In this document: positions 36,660 through 53,258 of the stretch, piece by piece
How positions within the stretch are numbered: the first letter of the stretch is position 1
How the letters are laid out: each line of letters starts with the position of its first letter
The notes under the pieces: model-generated
The model's database searches: none
Told to the model about the DNA's origin: nothing
What the model saw: the letters and a program-made list of their open reading frames with translations, nothing else
Assembly: GCA_964016885.1 (NCBI GenBank)
Contig: OZ024742.1
Span: 150,474,001 to 150,538,000, forward strand
From: Eledone cirrhosa
Taxonomy: Eukaryota
Length of the DNA: 64,000 bases
Reading direction: 5' to 3'
Made by a program: the position numbers and the translations under genes

Positions 36660-39600
36660 TGAAATATAAGAATCAAAGAACTGTTCAAAACATTATTGTG
36701 CTTACAGCTGTTTCCTCCAAACCGAGGTTTGGATTCTTCGGAGCAATTTATTAATGCATGGACAGTTATATGACCTCCTTTTCAGCCGAGAGACATACCA
36801 ACACATATTCAAACATTGTGGGTCAACATTCATTACAGAATTTAGAGTGGCAGTACACACTTCGAGATTACATTTATATTAATAGGTACAATCAAAAATC
36901 AAAGATATAGGTTAAAGTACAACATGAAGATAAGTGGTTATATAGTGCAAATGTTATATGTGTGGCACGCATGTGCGTCTTGTTTATATAGTGTGGCAGA
37001 GAGATATGTGTGGTAGAGGCACTTAGGTAGGTAAATAAGAGTGTTAGGTTGGTAGATCTGGTGGCAAAGTCTTTATATGATTGATATAGTCTGTGTGTGG
37101 AGAAATATTATAAGCATTAAAGATAGTGCAAGCATTAAAAGTGTTATAAGTATTGGAGATGCACAGCGCAGGGATGTCAAGTAATTCATGTACTTCGGCA
37201 TTTTCATGGTCAAGGGAGTGTATATTTCGATTATATGCCTTTCACATAATCCACGACAATCCAGTTAGAGATCGTAGTCTGGTGTTCTTTAGTTCGATAC
37301 AGGAGGTTGTTACGTTTCGAGAAACGCCATTGAATACCGGAAGTGTGTGTGTGGCTAAGGGGAGTTAATGCATGCGGGGAGGTAACTCTGGGGTTTCTAT
37401 ATCTAGCCATTAAAATGTGTCCCAGTATAGACCCTAAATTCTATGGTGAGGTGCACCTTCCAAGAGAGACTTTTAAAGCATAAAGTGTACTAACTATAGA
37501 GTAGTTTAACTAAATTATGCTGAAGGTGATCATATTATTATTAAGGTGGATTAACCCATCATAAGGTGCTACAAATGGAAATTATAGATGATGAGCGAGG
37601 ATTCTAAATTAATGATCTCTGTGGTTGTAGTCTGCTCATATGACCAGGCGCGGTGATTGCAGGATTGCTTCAGGACCCAATGATCTCTGGTAAGATCTGG
37701 GTCATCACTTGCTACATTGGATGTCGAAAGATAATCGTCCCCAGGCAGGCCAAAGGTCAATCCGCAGTCCTCGCGACCCCTCTCTGACCGTCAGATCATC
37801 CATATACGTACAACCCGCACGGCAGTTGCATTGCATTCACTCACTGCGCTCAGCAGCCCGGTCCTACTGGTCAACAGCGCTACTCGATTAAATCATTTTA
37901 CATCTGTCTAAGGAAGGTGTTTCCTCTGCCCAACACCATCCAACCGATCAATTCATGCTCAAATTAAATTACCCCTAGAGCGGTGTAGTGCCGTCCAAGT
38001 GGGTGGATGTTGTCACACCTGCCGTAGAGGTATAAATGGGTATTTTCCCTGCGAAGGGTTCCAGAGGGATGTCGTTGTTTGTGTTATAATGGATCAGCTA
38101 GTGTTGGGTATGTAGTATAGGGTGTGTCTCTGGTGTTTGATGCTAGATGTGGTGTTAGGTTCCAGTCCGACATTGCTATATATAGGGCTTAAAGTTTTGG
38201 AAGGAATGTCTGAGGCGGTGCTGGCAAGTTGCAAACACCTCAGATTTTTTGTTAAGTAGGTTACAGTTGGAGAAGATAATATTGTGTGTCTCTAGTATAC
38301 AGAGGTTACAGAATTTATTAGGTGGTTTGTACGAGGTCGCGCTTCCTATCACTTCCCATTTGAGTGTGTATGGTTTATTTTTAGATTTTAGATAGTGTAT
38401 GTAGCTAGAAAGTGAGGTGGAGTTGGCTAGGCTGTGCTTTTTGAACGAGTGGATGTGCGAGTTATATCTGATTTTGAAGCAGTTAGAAGTGGAGCCTACA
38501 TAGGTTTCTGAAGAGTTATTAGTCGTGACTGTGCATGAGTATATGACATCCTTGGTTAGGCATTTTTTATCTAAAGGGCAGGTTCTATTAGCTCTACAGT
38601 TACAATTATTCTGTGCGTTAGTCCGCTGGTTATAATGCAATGCGGAAGTCTGTGTGGTGGATATAGGATTTTGGGTGTTCGGGTTGACAACCCTGGTGTT
38701 ATTACTTATACTAGTGTTATTTCTATTGTTACTGCCGTTGCTATTGTTGCTTGCTACAGTGGTATTTAGAGGGTTTGCATCCCGTTGTGATTTTGTTTGT
38801 TGGAAGTAAGAACTAATTTTACTATTATTGCTGCTAGCTATGTGCTATGCTAAGTTAGGCGTCGTAGAGTATGAGATTTTAATGGTGTTTTTGTTTAAGA
38901 GGTTGTGGTACTTGTGTCCTAGAGGGAAGTTTTTATCTAGTAGTGAGAAGAAAGCCCTAGGTATGTTGGTGGAGACATTTAGGTTGAAAGGAGGGTTGAA
39001 AAATGTATTATTTCTTCTTCTATTTTTGCTTTTAGTGTTTGGTGTGTTGCTTCCTCCTAAGGCCTCACAGTAGTTTCCATGGTAATGGTTACTTCCGGTG
39101 GCACCCTCCGCTTTGGTGTACTTGTGGTTGCTATTCCTATTATTAGATTTCCTCATGGACATGTTGTGCGAGATGATGTTGTAGCTATGTGTTTTCTTAG
39201 GTAGGAACTCAATTTCTATATTATGGCCGGAGCTAGCTAATGCTTGATTGTAATATTGTGAGTTTTTGCTAAATATGTTTGCGTCATAGGACAGACTAGA
39301 GATTCTATTGGACACCCCCTTAGAGATAGAGTTTAATATTGATCTAGGGTGATTAGACTTGGTATCTACGTAAATAAGTTTCTCATTAGGCTTATGGAAA
39401 GGTGTATATATTTTTGAGTCTAGGTATAGTGTGGCGTCTAGGAAGTTAACATTTTTAGTGTTTTTGTCCATGGTGATACTAAGGTTAAAGTTTTTGAATG
39501 TCTTATGCAGTTGTTTTCTAGTTCTTTCTATATTAAATTTTTTATATTCTATGAGTAGAAGTGCATCATCGCGGTACAAACCACCGTTGAGGTAAGGGAG

Positions 39601-39780
39601 GTCTTTATGGATTTCATTGAGGAGGTATAGGCCGACCAAATCGGTGACCTGCGCCGAGTCACTAGATCCCATGGTTATGTCGAAGTTGTTGTGCGTATCC
39701 TTGCGTGTCCATAGTTGGTCCTCGAAGGTGATTATGGTTTTACGGGCCGCAAGGCTGTAAATCATCTGATGTTTTTACAT
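36660..39780 (-). mobile_element. Penelope-like element, 5'-truncated (RT + GIY-YIG + 3' pLTR)
   Basis: ORF 38845-39765 has FDITMGSSDSAQVTDLVGLY, GGLYRDD, VNFLD and SNHP. ORF 38176-38640 has CNCR..CPL, VIYSC..YVGST..FKIRY and CNLCILE. Confidence 0.92.
36699..36745 (-). ncRNA. Type I hammerhead, U4C core variant, in the PLE pLTR
   Basis: UGCU-CCGAAGA-(A)UCCAAACC/GGUUUGGA(G)-GAAA-CAGCUG-UA-AGCA. Palindromic stem III ACAGCUGU. Confidence 0.75.
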
Positions 39781-39906
39781 TGAGCTACTTAACTTACTGG
39801 TAATAAGGTAGTAATACATTACTGCCTACCACTATTTAGGGTGTGTGTAAAATACTTACAACTGCTTAAGGTTTTGTGTTTACATAACCATAAATAGTAT
39901 ATCTAA

Positions 39907-39942
<36 letters not shown>

Positions 39943-39946
<4 letters not shown>

Positions 39947-40012
39947 ATGAGAAGAAAGAAGAATACTGCGTGGTTGCACATGGGTTACATATGATAAAAA
40001 TAGTCCTTCGTC

Positions 40013-40015
<3 letters not shown>
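39943..40015 (-). repeat. Family A short fragment in (TA)n
   Basis: GAATACTGCGTGGTTGCACATGGGTTACATAT...GTCCTTCGTCAG matches 4190-4260 in reverse complement. Confidence 0.75.
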
Positions 40016-40102
<87 letters not shown>

Positions 40103-40329
40103 AGAGAGATGTGTGTGTGATATCATTGGATGTTGTAGGAGAGGTATAACTGGCGCAGCAATTACATCTTGAAAAGTGCTATATAAGGAAAATCTATATA
40201 TATCAGACAATCATCTTAGGCAGGAACACATTAATACAAGTCAATACAAAACACCCTTAATAACATTCAGTAACAATCACTTTGACAAAAGGCTTCACAG
40301 AAAAATAGTCTGAATTGTTTGCATTTATT

Positions 40330-40700
40330 TACTAACGTAGCTGTTTTCTGCGACCGGCAGCAATAAATGACTACAAAGAAGTGGTAACTGCCCAGCTCTG
40401 AGTGAGTTCATCTTGCCCTTCTCCAATTGATGCGCTTGTTTTCCTATCACAACTGGAGCCTGCCGACTTTGACAGTGGAAACTGTGAGCACTCAGACGGG
40501 ATGACCCTTTTCTTGATCGAGGGAGATAAATCAATAATTTGGGACGCCACGCGCTGTGATACGTTTTCCGGCACCAACAGTGTCGCTTCGGCCACTAACT
40601 CGTGCACTGCCCTTCCTTAACGTAGTGGAGGGGAAATTAGTCAAATACTGGGACTTGACAGGCCGCTTCCTTTTTGTGTTGGTTGCCGTCGAGATCCCTT
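40330..40700 (+). mobile_element. CRE-like RLE endonuclease fragment
   Basis: HSDGMTL..EGDKSIIWDATRCDTF resembles the RPDG...WDxT..DT RLE motif of CRE elements. Confidence 0.6.
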
Positions 40701-41349
40701 GTATCCTATGATTCTGGACTGCCGTTTTCCTTGGCAAAATTTAAAGGAGTGCAACCTGCCTGAGAAAGGGGTCCTGTGAGCTGGAGTGATTAATGCAGCG
40801 AGCGTCGCTGGCTGGTCTCTACTGTAATGCTTTCGCCATCTTGTCATCCAACTGAGATATACCACCTAGCTAAGTGTTTAGAGTCTGCTCATCCCTTCCC
40901 CTGTTTCTCAGAATCTATGGTTTTTTTCTTTTTTCTCTCTTTGAAATATTTATTCATAGAAAACTGTCCAACTTTATTAGTTTTTGCTGGCTTCCTAATA
41001 AATGACTTTTGGATGTAAACAACTTGTTTTCTATACTCGTGAACATAAAAAGTAGGATCAGCTGGATCGGTCTCTATCCTTACAAAGGGATCACATCAGA
41101 GACCGATAGCCTCTTTAACTGACCGGAGAAGCAATGCTTATAAGGCCAGGATTAATAACTCTTTCCAAAAGATCAGATAAACGGATCAGTATCGATAAAT
41201 AAATGACTGGTAGAGTAACAGTGTTTGCCATGATGGTATGATGAACACATTAATAGATTTTTAGCTGATAATATAAAAAATTGTTTTTTATACAATATCT
41301 TCGTTGATAGAAAAATAGGAATTATTTTGAATCTCATGTATAATTGTTT

Positions 41350-42330
41350 CAGCAATTACCCAGTGCATTACTGGTACTTTATTTTATCGACCCCGTAAGG
41401 ATGAAAGGCAAAGTCAACCTCGGCGGGATTTGAACTCAGATCGTAAAGGGACGTAACTATGCTGGAAAGCATGGCGTCCGACCCTCTACCGATACTGCCA
41501 ATCCACGACAGTTAATAAGTATCCTAGTTCACTATTTGTTGTGCACACATTTTTATCTATTTTCTTTATTATGCACACTATTTCATTATCGCCCACCTAT
41601 CTCTTAATCTATTATATAAACCTATGCTTCTCTTATAATCTTATCCAGTATTTGAGTATACCACTCTACACTTTATTATGGATTAGTCATGCTCTACTTC
41701 CAATTTTATTTTCCCCATTTAAATGTTTAATTATCAATAACCATTAACTTTGCCTTTCATCCTTACGGGGTCGATAAAATAAAGTACCAGTAATACACTG
41801 GGTAATTGCTGGTCTTGTGCCTAACGTAGAAACAATTATTTTAGTTATAGTCCTTTCATCCTTACGGGGTCCTAATGTGGATTGGCAGTATCGGTAGAGG
41901 ATCGGACACCATGTTTTGCAGCATAGAGTTACGGCCCTTTATGATCTGAGTTCAAACCCCGCGAAGGTTAACTTTGCCTTTCATCCTTACGCGGTCGATA
42001 AAATAAAGCACCAGTAACGTACTGGGTCGATTTAATCGACTGTCCCCTCCCCCCAAATTACTAGCCTTATGCCTAAAGTAGAAATCATTATTTTAGTTAT
42101 AGTTAAAGGTAGAGGATTGGCAGAATCGGTAGAGCATCGGACAGTATGCGTAGTCGTATAGAGTTATGGTCCTTTACGTTCTGAGTTCAAATCTTGCTGT
42201 GTTTAGCTTTGCCTTTCATCCTTGCGGGGTCGATAAGATAAAGCACCAGTAATGTACTGGGGTCGATTTAGTTGACTTTTCCCTCCCCTTCAAAATACCT
42301 TATGCCTTATGCCTAAAGTAAAAATCATTA
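41350..42330. mobile_element. Cluster of four main-family SINE copies (one minus, three plus)
   Basis: Cores at about 41350-41506 (-), 41745-41840 (+), 41877-42090 (+) and 42110-42330 (+). Confidence 0.85.
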
Positions 42331-43019
42331 TTTATTAACTTAGTGAGCTTATTTGTGATTTGACTGATTAATTGTTTTCCCAAATTCCAGTACAATTGTT
42401 TTTGTTCATCAACTTAAAAATACATGCCGCTATTCAACAGCGTTCACTAAATAGTAATAGCTTTCATTGTTATCCAATTTGAAAAACCTATTTTTCAATT
42501 TCTTATTATAAAATTTACCGATTTAATTATTTAATAGCTAAATTATTTCCGCGTTAACATATAACAGTTATGCTGGATTTAATGGCTAATTTAAAATGGT
42601 TCAACATTAATTATTCACTAGTTAAATCATTTCTAAGGTTCCTTTTAGGATTTTTCATTCAATTATACTTTCATCCATTTGATTTTATATTTTGAGATCT
42701 CTTAGCAAAAATATTGACCGTAAGATACCACTGTAGAATCGTATTTATTGCATTTTATATTCATTTTCAAGGTAATATTTTACGTAATATTTATAATCGT
42801 AATATATATAATCGTAATATTTTGAGCTAAACTAAATCTTGTTAGCGTGAAGCCAAACTCTAGATTGAGTCAGAATACATTTTTTTTTTTTTTCATTTGC
42901 ACTTAGTTTGCCTCCATTCTGAAATATCCATTTTATCTGATTTTAGTGTAATTTTAAATCCTGGGGAGATGTGTTTTATTAGTAAGCATACTTTTTTTTT
43001 TATTATCGCTATACGAATG

Positions 43020-43202
43020 CACACCTGTCAACTCTTTCCGTCCAACGGGGAGATCTCCCATCCACTTTGGATGGATGAGAGATGTCTTCGCTTGTGAAAA
43101 TGGGTATAGCTTTCATTATGTAAATTTTCCCCATTTTGCCTCATTTCTCCCCGTTTTTTTCCTGATACTCCCTGTTTGGGCTTTTAGAGGTTGGCAACTC
43201 TG
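43020..43202 (+). mobile_element. MITE derived from the hAT family at 5401-7579
   Basis: Ends CACACCTGTCAACTCT ... GAGGTTGGCAACTCTG. The interior matches 7250-7575 minus the SINE insertion. Confidence 0.8.
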
Positions 43203-45359
43203 CGACTATCACATGTTGTTATAAAGTCTTTTATTTCTATAAAGGTGTTTATATTGCCGTTCATTTTGGAATACAGAAATTTTTAGATTTAGATTTTTGA
43301 GTGCGTGTGCATGTGAAATGTTTATTCTAAAATTTATTCTGTATGAGTTAGTAACTTTGGGAAATGAGATAACATAGGTACTTCATGTTCGTATCTTTGC
43401 CGAGGTTATTGTTGATGTCATTGTTATTTTCCTTGTAAAATCGTGTATTTTTCTGTGTGTTTGTAGAATGTGTTGTTTGTTATACTTTGAGTAAATATTT
43501 TGTTGACTTAACTGTAACCAAAAACCTCCTTTTCTCGATCTGCTATTCCTGTTTTCCGTACTTCTCCTAGCTGATTTTCTCCCCTTCTTCCGGCTATTTC
43601 CACCTATAGCGATCTTTTCTTCTTCAAAGCATATTTTCGAAGACGAATTTTGAAACAAGATAAAACCAGTCAATGAGAAGATAATTCTACAATTAAAGAC
43701 TTCTATAAACAGTTAAACTTTATAGATGTTGTGGATAAAATAGTCGAATAATCGGATAAAGGGAAACTTTCGCCTACGAATGGTGTTTGAAAAACACATA
43801 TAGCCAGACAGCATCTATAACATTAAAATATTTTCACCCTCTGAACGTCTGAACAAATTCGGCAAGATATTGTGACACTATAAATTGCTGTAGAGTTTGA
43901 AGAAATCGTAGATGTTGTGTTTGAGTTGCTAGACTGTGACAAAGAAAGTTTTTCTAGTAAGAAGTTAATGCTGTTAGAACAAGAGCAAGCAACGTGTCAA
44001 GAAGAGGACATAGGAGCTGCGCCTACTCCACTTAAGTTGTCTTCGAAGGATATTGCTAAACCGTTAGCACTCATAGAGAAGGGTCTGTAAGCTTTTGTTG
44101 ATAACGGTTTTAATTATGAATGTAGCAAGAAAAGCTCACAATGAACTTTGTTCCTGCCCTACGATGGTGCGCCGTAAACGCAAAAACAATTTGGGATAAG
44201 TTCTTTACTCAACCAGATATTGATGGTAACGAATTATAGGAAAGACGATAGTAACCTTCAGGCACCCAGTAACTCCATTTGTACTTCTTCTTTCCACATA
44301 CACCCTTTCCCGTGAGAACTTACCCTATTGCGGAATTACGATTCTTTAATCACTAATATATTCTAATATATTTCCCTTCAATTGTTTATTTTGTACACAT
44401 ACTGTACTGTATGAGTTTAAAAACTATTTTCATGCATAAAATTTTTTAATTAAACTTTTTTCTCAAAAGACCTGCATTAAGACGCATCTTAATTTATGAC
44501 TTGCAACGCAATGGGAAAATAGGTTTCATGTTACGCCAGGATTTTCAGGAATGCAATGCTTCTGTAGCAGAGGGTATGCCTTGACTTCAGATTTAATCAG
44601 TATTGGAATATTATTTGGCCAATATAATCAAACACGAGGCCTAACTAATGACCATTAATACCATCAATAGACTCACCTACTAACGAAAATAAAATTTAAA
44701 AGCAGCATTAAGCACGATTAAATATTTTGTCAAGAATTTGCAAAACGCGGCGAACCAATAAATATATTTGGAACGTTGATATAGGAAGGATAATTTTCCA
44801 AAATAATATTTTAAAAGAATAGTTGCAGATAGGATCAACTATATAACTAACACTGAACTTCACACCAAGCTAATTAAATTTCGATTAATTCAAACATAAA
44901 AAAGAGGTCTAATAATTGCTATAAGGGAAATAACCTAATACAACTTCATATCATCATCGACACTTTTTGAATACGACAGAGCTGTGCTTCTATTATGTAA
45001 ATAACCCAAGAAATAATTAAAACCTCAACGCGACCATCATGTACATTGAGGATATCACAATCAATGTCACTGAACCTCTAAATCTCAACAGAATCCTAGA
45101 GGCTGCTCCGTTCCAGAAAATTTGCCGTAACGTGAAATATATTTTCACATTTACTGTCATGGGCATTTAAACCTGGTGGAGTCCATTTCTCGCTCGGCCG
45201 GAGCACAGCTGATTTCTTCCAAGGAAAAGAGAAAGTGTCAAAGAGAGAAGAAGAAGAAGAAGAAGAAGAAGAAGAAGAAGAAGAAGAATCGATCTTTATT
45301 TCTCGACCCGGAAAGGACGACAGACAATGTTGGTTTCGGTGGTATTTGAATTCAGAATG

Positions 45360-46003
45360 CAGAAGCTAGAACGAATACCACAAAATATTCTGTCATACGG
45401 TCTAACGAACCTGTAAATTCAACACCTACCTAGGATGTGTGTATACGAAATATAGGACAATTTGATATTTTTAGTTATTTAAATGTCGTAATTTGACTTA
45501 ACGTGAAGATACTGTCTTTTTGTTTGTTGTTCTTGTTTTTTTTTGTTTTTTTCTTTTACAATTATCATGTAAATACGAAAATATAGTTTTGAATAAATGC
45601 AAGATGCTGAAGATCTCTAAAAAAAGAGTGGTAAGAAGAATTCATCATCGAGAACAAAATCCTTGTGAAACATATTCTCTAGAGTTTAACTACAATTAAT
45701 TGTTTCTATTTTAGGCACAAGGCCAGCAATTACCCAGTGCATTACTGGTACTTTATTTTATCGACTCCGTAAGGATGAAAGGCAAAGTCAACCTAGGCGG
45801 GATTTGAACTCAGACCGTAAAGGGACGTAACTATGCTGGAAAGCATGGCGTCCGACCCTCTACCGATACTGCCAAAATTAATATCTAGTAATCATTTGTA
45901 GTTTTTCAACCATGAAAACCTAATATATACATTAATCCACACACCAGTTTTTATTATACTTATATCAACACCCTTCTATTGTCATAATACATTATATGTA
46001 ATA
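45360..46003 (+). repeat. Dispersed duplication, copy 1 (SINE-filled)
   Basis: Matches 56185-56649. Contains a minus-strand SINE at about 45700-45874 with AATTAAT TSD that is absent from copy 2. Confidence 0.88.
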
Positions 46004-46044
46004 TATGTAATTCATCACTGATTCTTCGTTTTCAATATATATAT

Positions 46045-47921
<1,877 letters not shown>

Positions 47922-47998
47922 TTATTATACTCTGCACCGAAGGAGCATAGAGTGCTCAACTGGCATACCGCCTATGGACGCATCCAAGTAACGTTCCT

Positions 47999-49124
<1,126 letters not shown>

Positions 49125-49148
49125 TATATGTATATGTATATATATATG

Positions 49149-49275
49149 AAGGCGTGTGGCTGAGTGGTTAGAGAATTGGATTCGCAATCGTAAGGTTGTG
49201 AGTTCGATTCCTGGACCAGGTGATGCGTTATGTCCTTGAGCAAGACACTTTATTTCACGTTGCTCCTTCTACCTG
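49149..49275 (+). mobile_element. Second tRNA-derived SINE family (5' part)
   Basis: TGGCTGAGTGG A box and GAGTTCGATTCC B box, followed by TGTCCTTGAGCAAGACACTTTATTTCAC. Weaker relatives at about 29155 (+) and 28130-28210 (-). Confidence 0.75.
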
Positions 49276-49489
49276 GAGTTGCGACCGATAGATAGTATTA
49301 GCAATTGGAAAGACCAACGGAAACATTGTTCCCTCGGTCCGATTTGACGAAAAGTCGATCGTTCCTATTATATATATATATAGGAACCATATAGGGGTCT
49401 TACTGGTTCCTATTACCCACTCTACTACCCCAAGTATTGAGTACTTTGGTGCGTTATGGTCCACCTGGTTCCTTACCACATTTCCTTCG

Positions 49490-49525
<36 letters not shown>

Positions 49526-49574
49526 GGTAATACGTATTAAGTATATATATTAAGTATATATATTGTCATACGTG

Positions 49575-49720
49575 TTAAGTATTTGCGAAGAAAAAGCAAA
49601 GGAAAAAAGAGTGCTTTATGTATAGAACAGAACTATTTACAATATATAAGCACTCCATTACCAATGGTTTCAGGACTCTAGACAATATTAACATACGTCT
49701 AGGTCGTTCATCATATTGTG
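49575..49720 (-). repeat. pLTR fragment related to the 25.6-kb family, with a degenerate hammerhead
   Basis: Minus reads AUGAUGA-ACGAC...GUCCU-GAAA-CCAUUGG-UA (C3 changed to A). The tail resembles 25760-25820. Confidence 0.6.
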
Positions 49721-50092
49721 TTGTCACTTTCTAATTAAATATATATATATATATATTAGAAAATAACAAATATTTTCACTAGCTCTGGCAGTTGGCAGGT
49801 GAAGAGTGAGCTGTACTGATGAAGGGTGATACGCAGAAATATTAGTGTCTGAGGTTCTGTTTACATGCCAACACAAGACCAAGAATGAAGGGTTCATTCT
49901 ACTGACATGACTATAAAAATGAGGCTTGTCTGTATAATTGCAAACGAATCTAATGTTATTATTAATATTCGAAAAACTCGGATTATATTTATATATATAT
50001 ATATATATATATATCATATGTATGTATATACACTGTTGCATCATTAAGAAACACACACACTCTTCCTCTGTCTCTGTACCCTTCTCTCTCTC

Positions 50093-50146
<54 letters not shown>

Positions 50147-50199
50147 TCTCTCTCTTTCTCTCTCTCTCTCTCTGTATATATATACATATTTGTGTAATA

Positions 50200-51450
50200 T
50201 TGCCAGAATTAATAACAGAACACACTCACTGTTTGGTTGGATTTCGCTTTTCGCTTCTGTGTCTTTTATATCGGTAATCTAATTTATTCGGTCCTCAATG
50301 TTGCCATTGACTGACCAACGGTCAAAAATAATACAGATACAATATAGACACAAACACATATATATAGTTTATCAAAGTTCTTTCGTTGCACATCTGCAAC
50401 ATCGTCAGTGGTGCTATTGTTTCCTCCCGTTACATTGTATGTCTACGCAATCTTTATTTAGTCTGTTTATATATTTATTTATTTATTTGTTTGTTTGTTT
50501 ATTTTATTTTGTCTTCTTTTCGCATGCGTTTGCGTGTGTGTATAGTGTTTTGTTTGATGTGTGTTCGTGATTGGGTGACTGTGTATCGGTTAATGTATTC
50601 TATCTTTACTAGTGTGTGTTTATATGTGTTTGTTGTTATTGTGCTTGTGTATGTATTTATTTATTTATTTATCTATTTATTTATTTATTTATATTTCTCT
50701 TAGGTCAGTGTTGTTTGTTTGGGTGCTGTTGTTATTCCATTCATTTTTTATGTTTAGTCTTGGCCTTCTAAGTTCTATTTCACTGGCCTCTTGGATTTGC
50801 CTATCTGCTGGGTCATTTCTATCTTTAGATATTATTCTAATTTCTATGTTGTCTATGTTACCGCCGTGTTATCTGGCATGTTCGTATAGTACTGAACCGT
50901 TTTTTCGTCCTTTTAGTTCCCTCTAGTGTTGGTCTATCCTTTCACCTATACTACGAGCTGTCTCGCCTTTGTATGTTGTTGTCATGTTTCTGCAAGTACC
51001 CTCTGTACATCTTATGCTATAGACTACGTTTCTAGTTTTACAGTTTATCCGGGGGTTTACCTTACATATGATACATTTCCTATTAGTACAGTGGGTTTTC
51101 TTAAAAGGGAAGGTTTTGCTGATCAGGGATTTTATGGTGGTTCCTGGCTTTTCTACCACCTTAATCTTTAAGTGGGTCTTTCTCAGGGCCTTTCTACACT
51201 GGTTAGCTAATTTCCCTCCAGGGGTAGCGTCCACAAACGTGACACTCTGGTATCTCTGGTTGTCGTACCATGAGGTGGCTTTCCCTATCTTATGTCTAGC
51301 CCTATCTAAGCTATTCCATGATTTGCTCCTGTATAATGGGCAAATTCCTTTCATGTCCAGTTCTATGAGGGTCTTATACTTCTCCATGGCTCCTTCGTAT
51401 ACTCTGACTCTGTCTCTTTGGTTGTAGCCAGAGAACTGCATGTAGATGCA
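50200..51450 (-). mobile_element. Penelope-like element 3' part (RT C-terminus + GIY-YIG)
   Basis: ORF 50923-51489 has FVDATPGGKLA, C.NRKCIIC, CKTRNVVYSIRC and YKGETARSIGERIDQH. Confidence 0.88.
50371..50412 (-). ncRNA. Minimal type I hammerhead in pLTR
   Basis: ACCA-CUGACGA-(U)GUUGCA/UGCAAC-GAAA-GAAC-UU-UGAU. Confidence 0.7.
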
Positions 51451-51804
51451 TGAACTACTAGAAACAGCAGCCAAATCTCCATCAAACAATTGTTATAAAT
51501 GAAGGAAGAACAGTTTAAGTCTACTGAAGCGGGGCTAACATCGAGCTAAACAATAACATTTTTGAAACAACCCAGCCAAAACCGACTCTGGTTCTACGAA
51601 ACAAAACGACTCATTTTAAAGGGCTTCTATTTAAATATTTAAAAATCGTCCAATATAATTTTATATATTTACTAGACCACCCGTTCGCTTCAAAATATTT
51701 TTTTTAGATCATGTTCACTTAAATATAATTTTTAAATGATTAAAATATACATACACATGTATATAACGTGAAATGCAACTGGAAGGCCCATATATATACG
51801 TGTG

Positions 51805-51861
<57 letters not shown>

Positions 51862-51870
51862 GTGTGTGTT

Positions 51871-51901
<31 letters not shown>

Positions 51902-52223
51902 GTATGGGTGTGTGTATATATATATGTGGTTGTCTGTGTTCTATAAATACTGGTCATAGACACAGACACACATATACACACACATTTATATATGTATATA
52001 TATATATATATATATCGTTTCAGAATTTGTTTAGCAAGATTCTTTATCTGAAAACGTGTGTTGAAACCGATATTGTTATACTTTGGGAGGGTCATGTTAC
52101 CAATAAGAAACACACGCACCAGTTGATTTCACTTCAATTTATTATAATAAATTTATAAATTTAGGAATTTATAAATTTCCGGTTGGTTGGTTGGTTCTAC
52201 AACCAGATGGTTGTTTATATATT

Positions 52224-52266
52224 GTCAAAGTTCTTTCGTCACACATTCTGTGACCTCTTCAGTGAC
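52224..52266 (-). ncRNA. Minimal type I hammerhead (inverted pLTR)
   Basis: Mirror of 54393-54435. Confidence 0.72.
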
Positions 52267-53074
52267 TGGGGATTCTTTTCTTTGTTTTTGTGCCTCTCCT
52301 TTGTTCTGTCCTACGCCATCTTGTTTCTGTGTCTGTGTTGTGTGCTCAGTCTGCGCATGCGCCACATCCGGCTGTCTGTGTGTGTTTATATTCGTTTATT
52401 TATTTGTTTATTTACATGTTACAGGCTGGTTGTTTGTTCTATGTGCGTGTGTGTTTTCATTTTGTCCTTAATTGTAAGTTGTGATGTTGCTGTTCCACTC
52501 ATGTTTTCTATTTAATTTTGGTTGTAATTCTTTTATGTTTATTGCCTCTGTGATTTGTCTAAACATTGCGTCTTTTCTGTGTGTAGATTCTATTTTTTAT
52601 TTCTATGTTCTCTAATTTACCCTTATGTTCTATTTTAGCATGTTGGTAGAGTACAGATGATTCTTTACTATCCTAAAGGTCTCACCAGTGTTCATTTATC
52701 CGTTCCCCTACACATATGGAAAAACATATGCCCAAGAGGAAGGAGCAGCCATTGGTGTTAGCATTGCAGGCGACATAGCTAACTTATTCATTGTATGGTA
52801 GGACAGTAGACTTAAACTTAAACTTAAAGAACAATTAGAAGACCCCTTAACCCTGATAATGTACTCCCGCTACGTTGATGATATAAACATTGTAGTTAAA
52901 ACACCCCCACTAGAGAACAGTCAGGAATTAGAGAAAAGCACAATGGAAAGCATCCAGAAAATAGTTAACTCCATCCACCAGAGTATTAGAGTTACTATAG
53001 ACTACCCAAGTAAACACCCCAACCATCGATTACCTGTACTAGACACAGAGCTCTGGTTAGATACCATTAATAAC

Positions 53075-53258
53075 GGTGGATTGGCAGTATCGGTAGAGAG
53101 TCGGACGCCATGCTTTCCAGCATAGTTACGTCCCTTTACGATCTGAGTTCAAATCCCGCCGAGGTTGACTTTGCCTTTCATCCTTACGGGGTCGATAAAA
53201 TAAAGTACCAGTAATGCACTGGGTAATTGCTGGCCTTGTGCCTAAAATAGAAACAATT
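53075..53258 (+). mobile_element. SINE (main family) inserted into the PLE RT
   Basis: TSD ATTAATAAC at 53066-53074 and 53256-53264. Removing the SINE restores LWLDTINN-KKQILHSH. Confidence 0.92.

Noticed and set aside
43500-44580. Tigger/pogo transposase remnant (similar impression at 17520-18400)
   Set aside because: Only vague acidic C-terminal resemblance; no DDE motif or paired TIRs that I could verify.
49149-49225. Possible tRNA gene
   Set aside because: A and B boxes run directly into a SINE body and I could not form a convincing acceptor stem.
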